From Hyaloraphidium curvatum SAG 235-1 (taxonomy: Eukaryota; Fungi; Monoblepharomycota), in contig JAIVFI010000008.1 of the NCBI GenBank assembly GCA_025558095.1, forward strand, positions 496,001 to 560,000: a DNA stretch of 64,000 bases, in the 5' to 3' direction. The first letter of the stretch is position 1, and the number at the start of each line of letters is the position of its first letter. The position numbers and the translations under genes were made by a program. Positions 31,680 to 42,467 of the stretch are shown here, piece after piece. Under the pieces are notes generated by a model that saw nothing but the letters and a program-made list of their open reading frames with translations, searched no databases and had not been told where the DNA came from.

Positions 31680-33131
31680 TCACGGCGATCGCGTCAACTT
31701 CGAATACGCCTTCGTAATGCGACGATTCATCCGGTCCCACTCATCCCTTTCGCGTGCTTCGTCGTCCTTCTCTCGTTTTTCGCGCTCGGCCCGGCGCCTT
31801 TCCTTCATTTCTCTCGCCAGTTCGTCCTCCTCCTTGACGAATTCGGTCGCTTTCGACCTTGCTTTGATAGCCTTGTTGATTTCCGCATTGAATGCTTCTC
31901 GCAATGATTTCGAGCTCTCTCCCGGATTCGTCTCGATGATCGACTTGAGCGTCTTCAGATGTTGTTCAGAATCCGCGTAGCGGCGATATTTTTCATTCAT
32001 CGCGGGCGAATGCCCCATAGCGCGCGCAACGGCGACTTTTTCCGCCAAACTCGGCGCCTGCGCGTGAAAATGCGACGCGTAAAGCCTCCGAAGCATCGCA
32101 GGTCTCAAATTGATCCCACACAGTTTTTCGAAGGTTCTGCCGACCCAGGCCCCAAACGTGCTTTCCGACCTGAAATGCTCCTGCTTGCGTCCCAAAAATA
32201 CAAACTTGTCTTCGGGGCGCCTCGCTTTGTGGATGAGGTTGTCGAAAAGCCTCACGAGGAGCGGCTTGTCGCCGAAATAGACAGTGATCGACCCCAGCGA
32301 CTGCTTCGTCTTGAACTCTTGGTAGACAATCCGTTTCTTTGACCAATCGATGTAATTGCCGTCATCGACCGGCTCCATGTGTAGCCACGCTTGATCCAGC
32401 CGCGTCGGTGGTAACAGAGTCAGGAGGGCAGCCAGAGTCACTTCCTGTAAAATCGCAGATTCGCGCTTACTCAATCGGTTCACTTTCTCCACCCTCCTCA
32501 AAATGCGCTCTCCGGCGTCCGTGACGATTTTTTGGAGTTCGTCGAATGGAATGAACTTGGCGGCCTCGGAGTAGCTGGCGAGATTCAATTCCATCCGCGC
32601 GGAACTGAGTTTCGAGTTTTCGTTCACAATCCCCCGCCAAAACTGGCAGTTTTCATGGCTGTCGCCGAGAATCCAACGCGTTGCTTGCAACATCGATGTA
32701 GAGTAGAGCTTTCTTGTTTCCACCGAGGACGATCGCTTCTTGAGGAGCTTGTAGATGTCTTGCGCAGAATGCCTCCGAATCCAAGTGCTAAAATCGTGGG
32801 CATCCGGATCCAACTTCGATACCTTGTCAAGGGCCTCTTCCGGATCCACCCCTCGTCGATCTGCGACCACGAGCCTTCCTATTCTTAGCACGCAGTCCGC
32901 GTAATTTTTGATGCTCACTGGAGAGAGATGCCCAAGCTTCACGAGAAACAAGAGAAAACGGTCCATCTGCGACAGATCATGCTTGTCTTGAAGAGCGCGA
33001 ATCTGTTCGGCAATCTTTCCTGTCTTTCCCCTGTATTCGGGCTTGATCGGACCGAAACTCGACCCTTCATTGTAGTCCTCATCTTCATCGTCGCTCTCCC
33101 TTACAATGTCGGGAATCTGACGTTTTGGCAT
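31680..33131 (-). CDS. Tyrosine recombinase (integrase/resolvase)
   Basis: Catalytic pattern PPTR...FKTK...AMLRRLYASH...AMGHS...EKY; N-terminal core-binding-like S..SIKNY; C-terminal coiled coil. Confidence 0.85.
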   Translation of the reverse strand: MPKRQIPDIVRESDDEDEDYNEGSSFGPIKPEYRGKTGKIAEQIRALQDKHDLSQMDRFLLFLVKLGHLSPVSIKNYADCVLRIGRLVVADRRGVDPEEALDKVSKLDPDAHDFSTWIRRHSAQDIYKLLKKRSSSVETRKLYSTSMLQATRWILGDSHENCQFWRGIVNENSKLSSARMELNLASYSEAAKFIPFDELQKIVTDAGERILRRVEKVNRLSKRESAILQEVTLAALLTLLPPTRLDQAWLHMEPVDDGNYIDWSKKRIVYQEFKTKQSLGSITVYFGDKPLLVRLFDNLIHKARRPEDKFVFLGRKQEHFRSESTFGAWVGRTFEKLCGINLRPAMLRRLYASHFHAQAPSLAEKVAVARAMGHSPAMNEKYRRYADSEQHLKTLKSIIETNPGESSKSLREAFNAEINKAIKARSKATEFVKEEDELAREMKERRRAEREKREKDDEARERDEWDRMNRRITKAYSKLTRSP

Positions 33132-33856
33132 GACTTTTCCCTATTGTTCTGTTTCTGGGTCGGAAACTGAATGTATCTGGAGTAAATTATCTTAAGAGAT
33201 TGGACGGAAGGACCGACTCCTTCAGAAGTCCTGGATAGTACACCCGCGGGAATACTATCCCCTCATAGTTAACGGATGACGGAATAGGATATTCACGTCT
33301 GGAAACAGGTCGTTATTGGCGAAAATGTGGAAATAGTCAAGGAATTGTGGTGATTTGGTCATGGTAAGAGCTTGGAATCGGACTGGATTGTGATACTTTG
33401 GTCATGGCCAATCAAGTTTTGGTCATGGTCAGTGCATGCAACATCAAGAAATCAAGTAGATTCGGTACTATTTGCACGTAATGAGTCGAATCGATGCATT
33501 TTGGGGCTTTTTCGTGAGTTTGCATGATGAATCGGCAGAATACATCACAAAAAAATGGATGAATTCCGGTGACGGGTGCACGGAATTCAGATGCAAGTCC
33601 ACCATCCCGTCTGTCACGTGCGTTGTTTAAGGACAGTGCACAGCCAATCTGAACCATAGTACTAGAAACCTAGAAAGAAAGAGGCTAAAGGGTCTGCCCT
33701 CCCAAAAATGATCGACCATGAAACTCGCCTCCAAGACTTTTGAAAATCGGCCATATTCTTCTATGTTTCTAGGTGGGACGGGAGTACCCGTAAAGTCGAG
33801 TCAAGGGCCGGGAGGGTCGGAACAGATGGAACGGAGAGTCTGTTCCTGGCAGGTGG

Positions 33857-34070
33857 TTCCGGGCCGAGCCCAGAGAACGGCGGGAACCGGGGATGGAATT
33901 CCAGGAACAGTCGGAACTCATGGAACCGCGACGCTTCCTGGTGACATGTGACTGGTTCACGGTGTGTTCTAGGTGGGCGATTCCGGGCCGAGCCCAGAGA
34001 ACGGCGGGAACCGGGGGTGGAATTCCAGGAACAGTCGGAACTCATGGAACCGCGACGCTTCCTGGTGACA
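33857..34070 (+). repeat. Two direct ~90-bp copies (period 124 bp) of a GGAAC-rich repeat
   Basis: TTCCGGGCCGAGCCCAGAGA...GGAATTCCAGGAACAGTCGGAACTCATGGAACCG at 33857 and 33981. Confidence 0.9.
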
Positions 34071-34212
34071 CTTACGCGGTGACACTTTCCTGGGGACACT
34101 TACGCGGTGACACTTTCCTGGTGGCACTCGTGGTGACACTTTCATGGTGACACATTCATGGTGACACTTTCATGGTGACACATTCATGGTGACACCTTTG
34201 TGGTATATAAAG
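34062..34212 (+). promoter_or_regulatory. About 10 copies of the 14-bp unit followed by TATATAAA
   Basis: Repeats of TGGTGACAC(T/A)TTCA; TATA at 34204. Confidence 0.85.
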
Positions 34213-34292
34213 ACGACTTGCGCGGGTCGGCCCAGTGTGCATCACTCATCACACCAACACACATCATCGATTTGAAAAACAACCCCCAAAAA

Positions 34293-35162
34293 ATGGACGA
34301 CGGGGGAGAATCTACGTTCTTCAAAGACCTCCTTCGCCGTTTTGCTTGGAGCCCTGGGTTGCCCTTGACGCACACGCGGACTGCGAGCGATACATTCTCC
34401 AAGCTTTCTGTGCCCGTCGGCGAGCGGGACATCTTCCACCGTGCCATGATGACCGAGATTCTGAAACCGACCAGCGAGAGGTCAATGTTGCTCGACTTTG
34501 CCGAGAACATAGACTTCCACCCCGGACGCCTATACTTTGACATTGTTCTCCCTCACGATCACATGAGCGAAATCTACGACGCGTACTTGGCAGAGGAATG
34601 GGACGAGCATATCGTATTGAGGAAACTGGTCGAGGCTACAAGATCCGTGGTGAAAGGGTGGTTTCGGGATGACGACGTCCGAAGCCGTGTCTTCAGCCGC
34701 ATGGACAAGCGACACTACCGCATCGTGTTCACAAACATCCTGTCTCCTCCGGAACTGACCAAGTTGATTGCAAGGCGGTTGAACGACTATTTCAACGGGT
34801 ACATGTCACTTCCATCGGTGTTCAAGATCGTCGATACCGCGACCGACACGATCATGTTTGGATCCCAGCTCCCCATCGTACTTCCGCCACCGGTTCGCAC
34901 CCAGCTGCGTCTTTTCGACACGTTTTACGATTTCAATCCAACCCCCGCACCGATTCCTGTCAACAACTGGATCGATCTGCGCGCTACGAGGGCCTTTCAG
35001 TTGCTCGACCGAAAACTCGTCCCGATCGCACTCGCCGACATGAGCGATGCCGATTGGGACAGCGTTGGTTGCTCCCTCGTATCGACAAGGACACCGCGCT
35101 TTCGATTTTTCACAGAGTTCATTGGTCACCTGCCGACTTTTCCGAAACGACGGACGAACTGA
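34293..35162 (+). CDS. Stand-alone AEP-like domain, probably inactive
   Basis: LTH...FAE...GRLYFDIVL parallels the AEP domains of 10189-14518, but DxD is DIV and the motif-II His appears lost. Confidence 0.6.
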   Translation: MDDGGESTFFKDLLRRFAWSPGLPLTHTRTASDTFSKLSVPVGERDIFHRAMMTEILKPTSERSMLLDFAENIDFHPGRLYFDIVLPHDHMSEIYDAYLAEEWDEHIVLRKLVEATRSVVKGWFRDDDVRSRVFSRMDKRHYRIVFTNILSPPELTKLIARRLNDYFNGYMSLPSVFKIVDTATDTIMFGSQLPIVLPPPVRTQLRLFDTFYDFNPTPAPIPVNNWIDLRATRAFQLLDRKLVPIALADMSDADWDSVGCSLVSTRTPRFRFFTEFIGHLPTFPKRRTN

Positions 35163-35167
35163 GCACC

Positions 35168-36504
35168 ATGGTCTTGCGGATTGAGGACAATGAAGCCAGC
35201 AATGCCCTGTCGACGTTTGCAAGGGACGCACTCTACCAATTCACGGGAATGAGATCGCGCCCGTTTTATCGATCGAACGTCGGGACCAATCCGTTTATCT
35301 GGGCGTACGTCAATGTGACCGTGTGCATCATTTGCCGGCACAGGCACGGCTACGATCGCAAGTGTGGGCTGACACGAACCACAGACATGCCAGAACACCT
35401 TTTGGACAAGACGCTTTGGTTCCAGCTGTTTTTCAACTCTGGGCGGGCGTATCTTCACTGTGCGCGCGAAGGAGACGCCCTCTGCAAGTCGAAACGCTTC
35501 CGTCTCACTCCCAAGCAGACGTCGATGTTGCGCACCATGGGAGGTTTTCCTCGGGTCGCAGATTCCGTCGCTATCCGCGCGCTCGAACCGAACCTGAGAC
35601 TTCTGAACGGTCGCCGGGATTTCGACATTGTCAGCGTCGGACCTCTCCGTACGACTGGAAACTTTCGAATTATGGTCTTGGAAGGCGAAGAATCGAGCAT
35701 TTCCATTTCGAGAGAAGAACATGACGTTTACATGGCGCGTCACATTGGAGTGGGATCTTCTGCTGCTACAAGTGTCATGATCATCGACCCGTCGCTGGCA
35801 GCCCCGATCCTCGGCATCAACGACTGTGATGGAGACGAAGAGCCAGAGACGATTGCAATCGACGTCGTAGAAACGACCGACGACGAATACGCGGCAGCCG
35901 AGCGGTGTGCAAGGGACGCCATCATTAAAACGCTGGATGACCCTCAAGGGATGAGTGGGCACGTTATCGTCGCCAAGATCGTCGATCCGGACGGAAGATA
36001 CCACTACATGTGCAGGCAGTCAAACGTCGGGTGTTTGCCAGAATCGATCGCGGCATCGTCAGCGTGTACGGGCCCGATGTCAAGCGCGCGAGGAGTCAGG
36101 CCATTCTGAAGTCTGCAAGCGACACACTCTTCAAATCGGAAACGCAACCCGGGATCATGCATCACGTCGAATACAGCAAAGTTTTGCAGGAAGCGAAGGC
36201 GGTCGCTGCCAGGATTGCCGGCGAAGATTCAGTTTGGCGCAAAATGCAGAAAGTCACCACGGAACTCGGCAGATGCTTCAGATCGGAATTATCGTCCTTC
36301 ATGCGATCCGAACACTGCATCAAGTGCATGAAAGGATGCTTTGTCGTGATCGTTTCGAGGTTCGGCGTTCAGATCGAGTGCACACATAATTGCGGCTTCA
36401 AGCACCCGTCGGACGACCCCGTTCCTTTCGATCCATCGTCTGCCCCCAATCTCTCGGCTTTCCTCGTACGTTTTTGCCCACTGACACACGCAATACTCTA
36501 CTGA
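35168..36504 (+). pseudogene. Zinc-ribbon/linker region paralogous to the middle of the primase-helicase; frameshift near 36020
   Basis: HCIKCMKG...IECTHNCGFKHP versus VCVDCKVG...FRCDQESCQFHHP; ARDAI...VIVAKI versus ARKHL...VVVSKL. Confidence 0.65.
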
Positions 36505-36520
36505 TCTCCAATGGCAGGGA

Positions 36521-37312
36521 ATGAAATTCGTACCCACCGACGACAAGGAGACTCTGGAACTCGCCGAACACGTCCCGGGCCCTGACGAAAAACTGTGCCG
36601 TGAAGTGGCGACCGCCAAGTTCGACCCGAAGAAAGAATTCAACGATCAAGGACGGCTCGTCGATTACCTCAACACATTCTTTTCCGTGATCAACGGTTCG
36701 AAAAGCATCCTTTACAGGGAAACACTGACAAGTCCGTGGAAAGAGTACACGGAAGCGGAGCTCAAGCAGCATCTCAGGACGGAGATCCCGGTGGTCCGGA
36801 AAAACACCAAGAAACAGCTCGAACTGTTCGACATCTTTTCGATGAACCGGAACCGAAACATCATGGATTGGGTAAAGGATATCAAGGAAGACATCGCCAC
36901 TCCCCAAAACTGGCTTTCTGTGCTTGCGTCGCATGTCGTAGATGCGACCGAGCCGTTCCGATTCGGCGATTACGTCGTCGACCTTCAAGGAATTCGACCT
37001 GGTTGTGCGGCGTGGGTGGACTACGTGGCTCTCGAAGCGATTTGGAAAACCTTTGCGACTCCTGGAATGCCCATGTTCAACTCCATTACTGGTTCGACCA
37101 AACAACACACGCCTCAAAAGGAGATCCTGGTGGCTTTCAGAGACGTGATCGGCGGTCTTCCAGATGGACACCCGTGCAAAGGACTCACAGTCGACATCAA
37201 ACGGAGAGGCTTGGGCCTACAAAGCGCCTCGGAACCCAAGGTGAAGGCTGCGTTTGGTGTCACGGAGGTTTCGTGTTACGCTCTGAAATTTGAGAGGGTC
37301 AGTGTGGTATAG
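36521..37312 (+). CDS. Helicase-associated N and C domains of the primase-helicase, lacking the ATPase core
   Basis: VATAKFDPKKEFNDQGRLVDYLN...PW...IPVV...LFDIF versus VVAAKHDPEKGSQDQPELVKYLN...PW...FPVV...IFEIF. It then goes directly to AWV....LEAIWKTF versus VWL....LETLWDTW. No Walker A. Confidence 0.75.
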   Translation: MKFVPTDDKETLELAEHVPGPDEKLCREVATAKFDPKKEFNDQGRLVDYLNTFFSVINGSKSILYRETLTSPWKEYTEAELKQHLRTEIPVVRKNTKKQLELFDIFSMNRNRNIMDWVKDIKEDIATPQNWLSVLASHVVDATEPFRFGDYVVDLQGIRPGCAAWVDYVALEAIWKTFATPGMPMFNSITGSTKQHTPQKEILVAFRDVIGGLPDGHPCKGLTVDIKRRGLGLQSASEPKVKAAFGVTEVSCYALKFERVSVV

Positions 37313-37345
37313 AGCTGATATCAGAGGAATTTATCATCACTACAT

Positions 37346-37588
37346 CGGTTCCACGAGTTCCGACTGTTCCTGGAATTCCAACACCGTTATCTCCAGTCTC
37401 TGGACTCGGACCCGGAATCTTCCATCAGATTTACCGACCCGAAAACAACACATCACCACGAAAGTAAAGTGTCACCACAAACCCCTGCCAAACACTGTTC
37501 CATCAGTTCCGACTGTTCCTGGAGTTCCAACTCCGTTATCCACAGTCTCTGGACTCGGACCCGGAATCGTCCATCAGATTTACCGACC
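37346..37588 (-). repeat. Two copies of the GGAAC-rich repeat, inverted relative to 33857-34070
   Basis: CGGTTCCACGAGTTCCGACTGTTCCTGGAATTCC...CTCTGGACTCGGACCCGGAA is the near reverse complement of the left unit. Confidence 0.9.
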
Positions 37589-37639
37589 AGAAGTAGACTA
37601 CATAGTCTACATACACGTCGAGGTGCGCGGTAAACTGCT

Positions 37640-37757
37640 CTTTCCGCCGTGTGGTGTGTTCCAAGGCGACTCTTTGGCCGAGTTCAAGCAGTGCTCACCA
37701 TGCAAGGCTCGAATGTACTGTTCCAAGGATTGCATCGTTTTGCTGCGACTTCGATGA
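37640..37757 (+). pseudogene. MYND zinc-finger fragment
   Basis: FKQCSPCKARMYCSKDC. Confidence 0.5.
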
Positions 37758-37896
37758 CGATTCGGCGCAACACGTCACGAGAAGACGCGATTGGCTAGTT
37801 TGACTCAAGTGCAACGGATCCGTGGTTTTGATTCCATTGGAACAATTCCCGTCTGTTCGGCGGTAATGAATATAGTCCATGGTGATACCAAACTGA

Positions 37897-40800
37897 CTAC
37901 TTTAGAGATGAGCCTTTGTAGTTGTAACTGTCCTCTCCAAACGCCCCCGTCTTTTTGAATAACTTTGCCTCGTAGCCACTGACGCTGTCGGAGCCTTGCA
38001 TATCTGCCCATGACTTCCACACTCCTTGGCCAACCAACCAGTCGACTCGATCGCAAGCCTCGAAACCGAGCCTCTTGCAATGCTCGACAAACCTTCGTGA
38101 CTCCTGCTGACTGCTCTCAGAGTACATGAAGAACCAGCGCTCCACAAAGAAAAGGTAGCCACCTTCCTTCAAAGCCCCGTGTGCAGCGCGCAAGAAAGGA
38201 TCCGGTGAAGGACCCATGGATGCCATGCAAAGAACAACACAGTCGAAGTTTCCCTCCCATTTCCCATCAATGTCCCAGTCAGGGTCTCGAAAGTCTACCA
38301 CGTGGATCATGTCCGGAGCCCACTGCTGTCCATCATCCAGGGTTGAGTAGAGATCAAAGTTGGTCACAGTCACCAGATCGTTCTGCACACTGCTGGCAAG
38401 CACACGATTTGGCCCACAGCCAAAATCGGCCACCGACGCTTCTGTTGACCATTGTCGTGCAGTCAGCAGGCGAGCAATAACCTTGGCGGGTCGGTTGACA
38501 GGGTCATCATTCATCCACCTGCGGGATCATTGTCATCAGCATTCGCTACAGGTTCTTGCTGAACGACACTTTTACGCTTCAAACAACTTGTGGTAGTTCA
38601 GCCAGCCGTCGTAATCGGGAGTCTCCTGGCCTTTGTACCAAGCCTTGTTCATCTCCATGAAGCGTGTTGACACATGACCGACTTGACGGTCCGCCACATC
38701 GGGTGCATGTAGTACTTGCGGAACGTCCTCGTCTTCAATCTCGAAGATGCCCTCCAGAGGCGGTGGGAAGCCGCGTGTTGGAACTTCCCTACCTCGCGGA
38801 AGATCCCGCGAATCACACATGAGGCGCAGGAAGTGAAGAATAGCACCGGTCTTCCCGCTCTGCGGCTGAGCCCAAAGGAGCAGCACCCTTTTGGAGGGAT
38901 CAAAGCCCAGAACAGCGCTGGTTTTCTTCGGTTCCATAACGACACCAGCCTGCGTTAGTTGGGCCGCTTTGCTCTTTGCAGTTATCTCTCTGCGGACCTC
39001 AGGTGCGTCGTCACGAACAAGACGGTCAAAGGCCGCGTAGGATTCCGGTACGTTGTGGTCGTAAGCGGCCTCTGAAGAAAGCAATACGGGTCTCGTTCCG
39101 CCGTTACCGAACGCCCGTCCAATCTCTTGATGGAAAACGTCCAGCAAGCCGACTTTCTTTGTGAAGCGTGCACGCTCGTCGTAGTAAATGACATTGGCCC
39201 CGAAGATCGCAGAAGGACTCGTCGCTTCCCCGCTCGATCGCCGCTCCGACCATGATCAGTCCGGCTTCGTCGCTCAATTCCGGGCAAATCTTCTGCACGA
39301 TCTCGCGCATCGACTCATCCGCTCGGAACTCCACGGCAATCTCGGCAAGACCCAATCCTGCACTGGTGACCACTTCCTTGCACTCGCCGGAACGGTGATG
39401 CAGCATGAACAGCTTCCCTTGCTCCAGCCGCACCGTCCAGCCCTTTTCCGGGCCGGCGACCCAGAACGTGGTGCCGTTGCAAACGCCTCTCCGGACAGGA
39501 GCCGACGACAGGGCCCTGGCCAGTTCTTCGCCACCCAACGGTGTCAGGTCGCGTACCAGCGTCTCGGATGGCACCTTGACACACGTGACGGCATCGGCCT
39601 TCACCTTGCACATCCCCGTGACGACGTCCTTGAGCTTGCGCGTCGTCATGTTGCGAATGGGATCCTTGTTGAGCAGCCCGCAGGCGTGACAGTAGAGGCT
39701 GATGCCACCGTAAAAGACGAACCCCCTCAATTGCGCACCGTGGCACTTGAAACAATGGCCGACGGCATCGAAATTGACGCTTGAAACGCCGAGCTCGGTC
39801 ATGCGACGCAGGTAACCGCAGAACTGCGACAGGCCCCTGATGTAGCTGCCGATCTGCTTCCGGGCGGACTCCACGCCTCCCTTCACCGCCTCCTCCTCGG
39901 CACACGTCATTCCCGTCGGGAATTTCAGGTCCAAGTCGGGAGGAATCTTGACCGTTTCGCTCTTTCCACCCTTCCAGCAATCGGCGTCGCTGCAATGAAC
40001 GGATGCGCCTCTGCGGGTGACGAGCATGTAGGTCTTGCTCTTGGCGTGGTTCTTGCCATTGGAGCACGGACGACCCCTGTGGTCCAGCGGCACAAAGATC
40101 GCACCGTCTCTCATGTGCCTCGAGCCGCACGGTACGAGATTGTAGGAAGCGCCCAAGGGGGTCGACTTTTTGCAGTGTTCCAACAGCGCCAGCACAGCCT
40201 TGTCCTGCTCGGGAGTGAGACGTGTTTTGGGTCGGTGGTGTACGATGTCGCCCATCCTAGTGCTTAGCTCAAGGGAAACGCGGTGGTAATCGAAATGCTC
40301 AGGGTTGGGCCGGATGCGAAACTGGTGGAAGCGATCGAACGAAGGCGAAGATTCCAGGCTTCCGTCGGCGGCAAATGGCAGATACCTGGAATCCGGTCCC
40401 TGCCCTGGCTTGATGGCTCCGAGCAGGCGCAACCCCCCCGTGTAGATGTTGGCGTCAAACACCTTGCCAATGTCTACCCCGACGACTTGCTTGAACCACT
40501 CGGCCGGGTCCACAATCCCGTAGCGTTGTCCAAAGAACTCGTCGATGGCCTCGGCCAGAATCCGTTGTGCCATGGTAGCGGTCGTGGCAAAGAACGGGAA
40601 GTTTCCGTGGATCTTTCCAGGTTGGTCTGCCCTGCCAGCAACGGCGTAAAACGGGTACCAGGTCGGGTCGACCGACTGCACGAGCTCGACCATTTCTCCG
40701 TCCGCTTCAGGCTTGCCCGCTTCGTCTTCCGCCGTCCTTTTTGATTTCTCCACCTTTTCATCATCCTCCTCGCCCCCCGAAACCATCCCGACGCCGTCCA

Positions 40801-41269
40801 CCATGCCTTCGATAATGGACCCGATCGAGTCCGCAAAACGTTCCGCAAAGGCTCCCGACGACAAGCCACCGAGACCGTCCGAGAACCGATTCCACTGATG
40901 ACGGTCCATGTCCGCGTCGAAAGACATGGTCAAACAAAGACCGTAGCGCGGGTGGTCCAAGACTCGCTCGTCGCACGGGACGTTGGCTGCCTTGCCGGCA
41001 TTTCCAATCAGGTGTTTCCACAGCGAGTAGCTGATCTTGCCGTGGATTCCGGGTTCCATGGTTCTGTCGGGAAACCCCCACCGGGGCCCGCTGTCCATGG
41101 TCGTGAAGGCAGCGGGAACGCCATCCTTGCACCTTGGCACGATCTCGTCGAAATGACGATGGTCTAGATGCAGAGACCCTCCGGGCAGCAAGGAAGGGAC
41201 CGGGTCCTTCCAGTTGCGGTGCTTTGCGCGGTACTGGAACACGATCTCTTTCATCACCGCAGAGGTCAT
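37897..41269 (-). pseudogene. Disrupted gene or gene cluster: AEP/PrimPol with Zn ribbon (39104-41269), P-loop fragment (38572-39147), RRP8-like SAM methyltransferase (37897-38514)
   Basis: SFDADMD, GKIHGNFP, DANIYTGGLRLLGAIK, C..H..CSDADC; AQPQSGKT; WLNYH, VADFGCG, FDCVVLCMASMG, LKEGGYLFFVE. The pieces are separated by a frameshift and stop codons. Confidence 0.7.
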
Positions 41270-42467
41270 GATGCCAGGGGTGAGTCGGAAGTCCGAGTGC
41301 TGTTATTACTTGTATCGAAATTACTGCTTATGAACGAATTTGGACTTTCGGCAAAGTAATGCGAGTCATCCAAACGCGTGGGTTGCGGGGCTGTAGTTGT
41401 CATCACGAGTCACACAACAATGTGAGTAGTTGGCAACCCATCGAAAAGCCGCCGGCCTTCCGTCCCGTCTCCACACAAACGGTCCCGCCTCCCTTCCTTG
41501 CCCAACTTCCCGCTGTCGACTGCGGCTATGGAACGAAACGGACTTCCGGAACGTGCGCACCCAACGCCAGAAGACCGCTCCGGCAAAAGGTCCCGCAGCG
41601 GCGACACCACTTTTGAGGAGGACGTTCTGGAGAATGCGCTGGCGAGAAAACGGACGGAGGCCACCATTAGCCTTCGGGAACGAGATCCTAGCTCCTGTTC
41701 AAGGAAGATAACGTTGGCTTCGTGGGCAACTCCGGAATATGTTGGTCAACGCTGGTGCAGGCGATCAACAGGATAGTGCAATCGAGTCTTTCCGATCATG
41801 GAAAAACGGTGGACAAGTATTCACTTGAAGCAAGTGCACCTATTATTTGGGATTTACCGGGGTTTTGGCATTCAAGATCCTCGCTAAGGGTACTTGGAAA
41901 TATTCTATCTGGACTGCTGTATTTCAAGCATTTGATTTTGGTTCTGCCCCTTTTGTTCAGCGCCCAACTGCCTCTGGACTCCTCTTGAAGGCACAGTATT
42001 GAAGCAGTGGACGGACTCCCGAGTGATTGTCGAGAGGAATCAATTGTCGTCAATGGCGTGGAGGATCGCCGTGACGAGCTGAAACGGAAGGCTCCGGGTA
42101 CAGGGAGGCAGAATTGGAACACCGTGTCCGGGTCGAGGTCAGATGGAAGCTCACACCCGTGATGGATCTTTTTTTTGGCGACCATACCAGGCCACCTGCG
42201 TTTCTAAATGTCCGTCGATCGGTGGCTACAGCGCGATAAGGAACGATCAATCGCTCTTGTTCGCCCTCGTCATTAGGGACGCTGCACCAGCCCGCAGAAC
42301 ACAAGGACGCTCCCGAAAGGCGGCTACAACGCGGGACGCGCCGGTCGACGCTAGTACGGCCGCGAGTGCACGCTACCATTCACACGCGGAAAATCCCACC
42401 TAAAACCAACTCTTAGGTAGTATATTAGGACTGGGATGACGTCACGTTCCTTTGCACCGCCCTCCGA

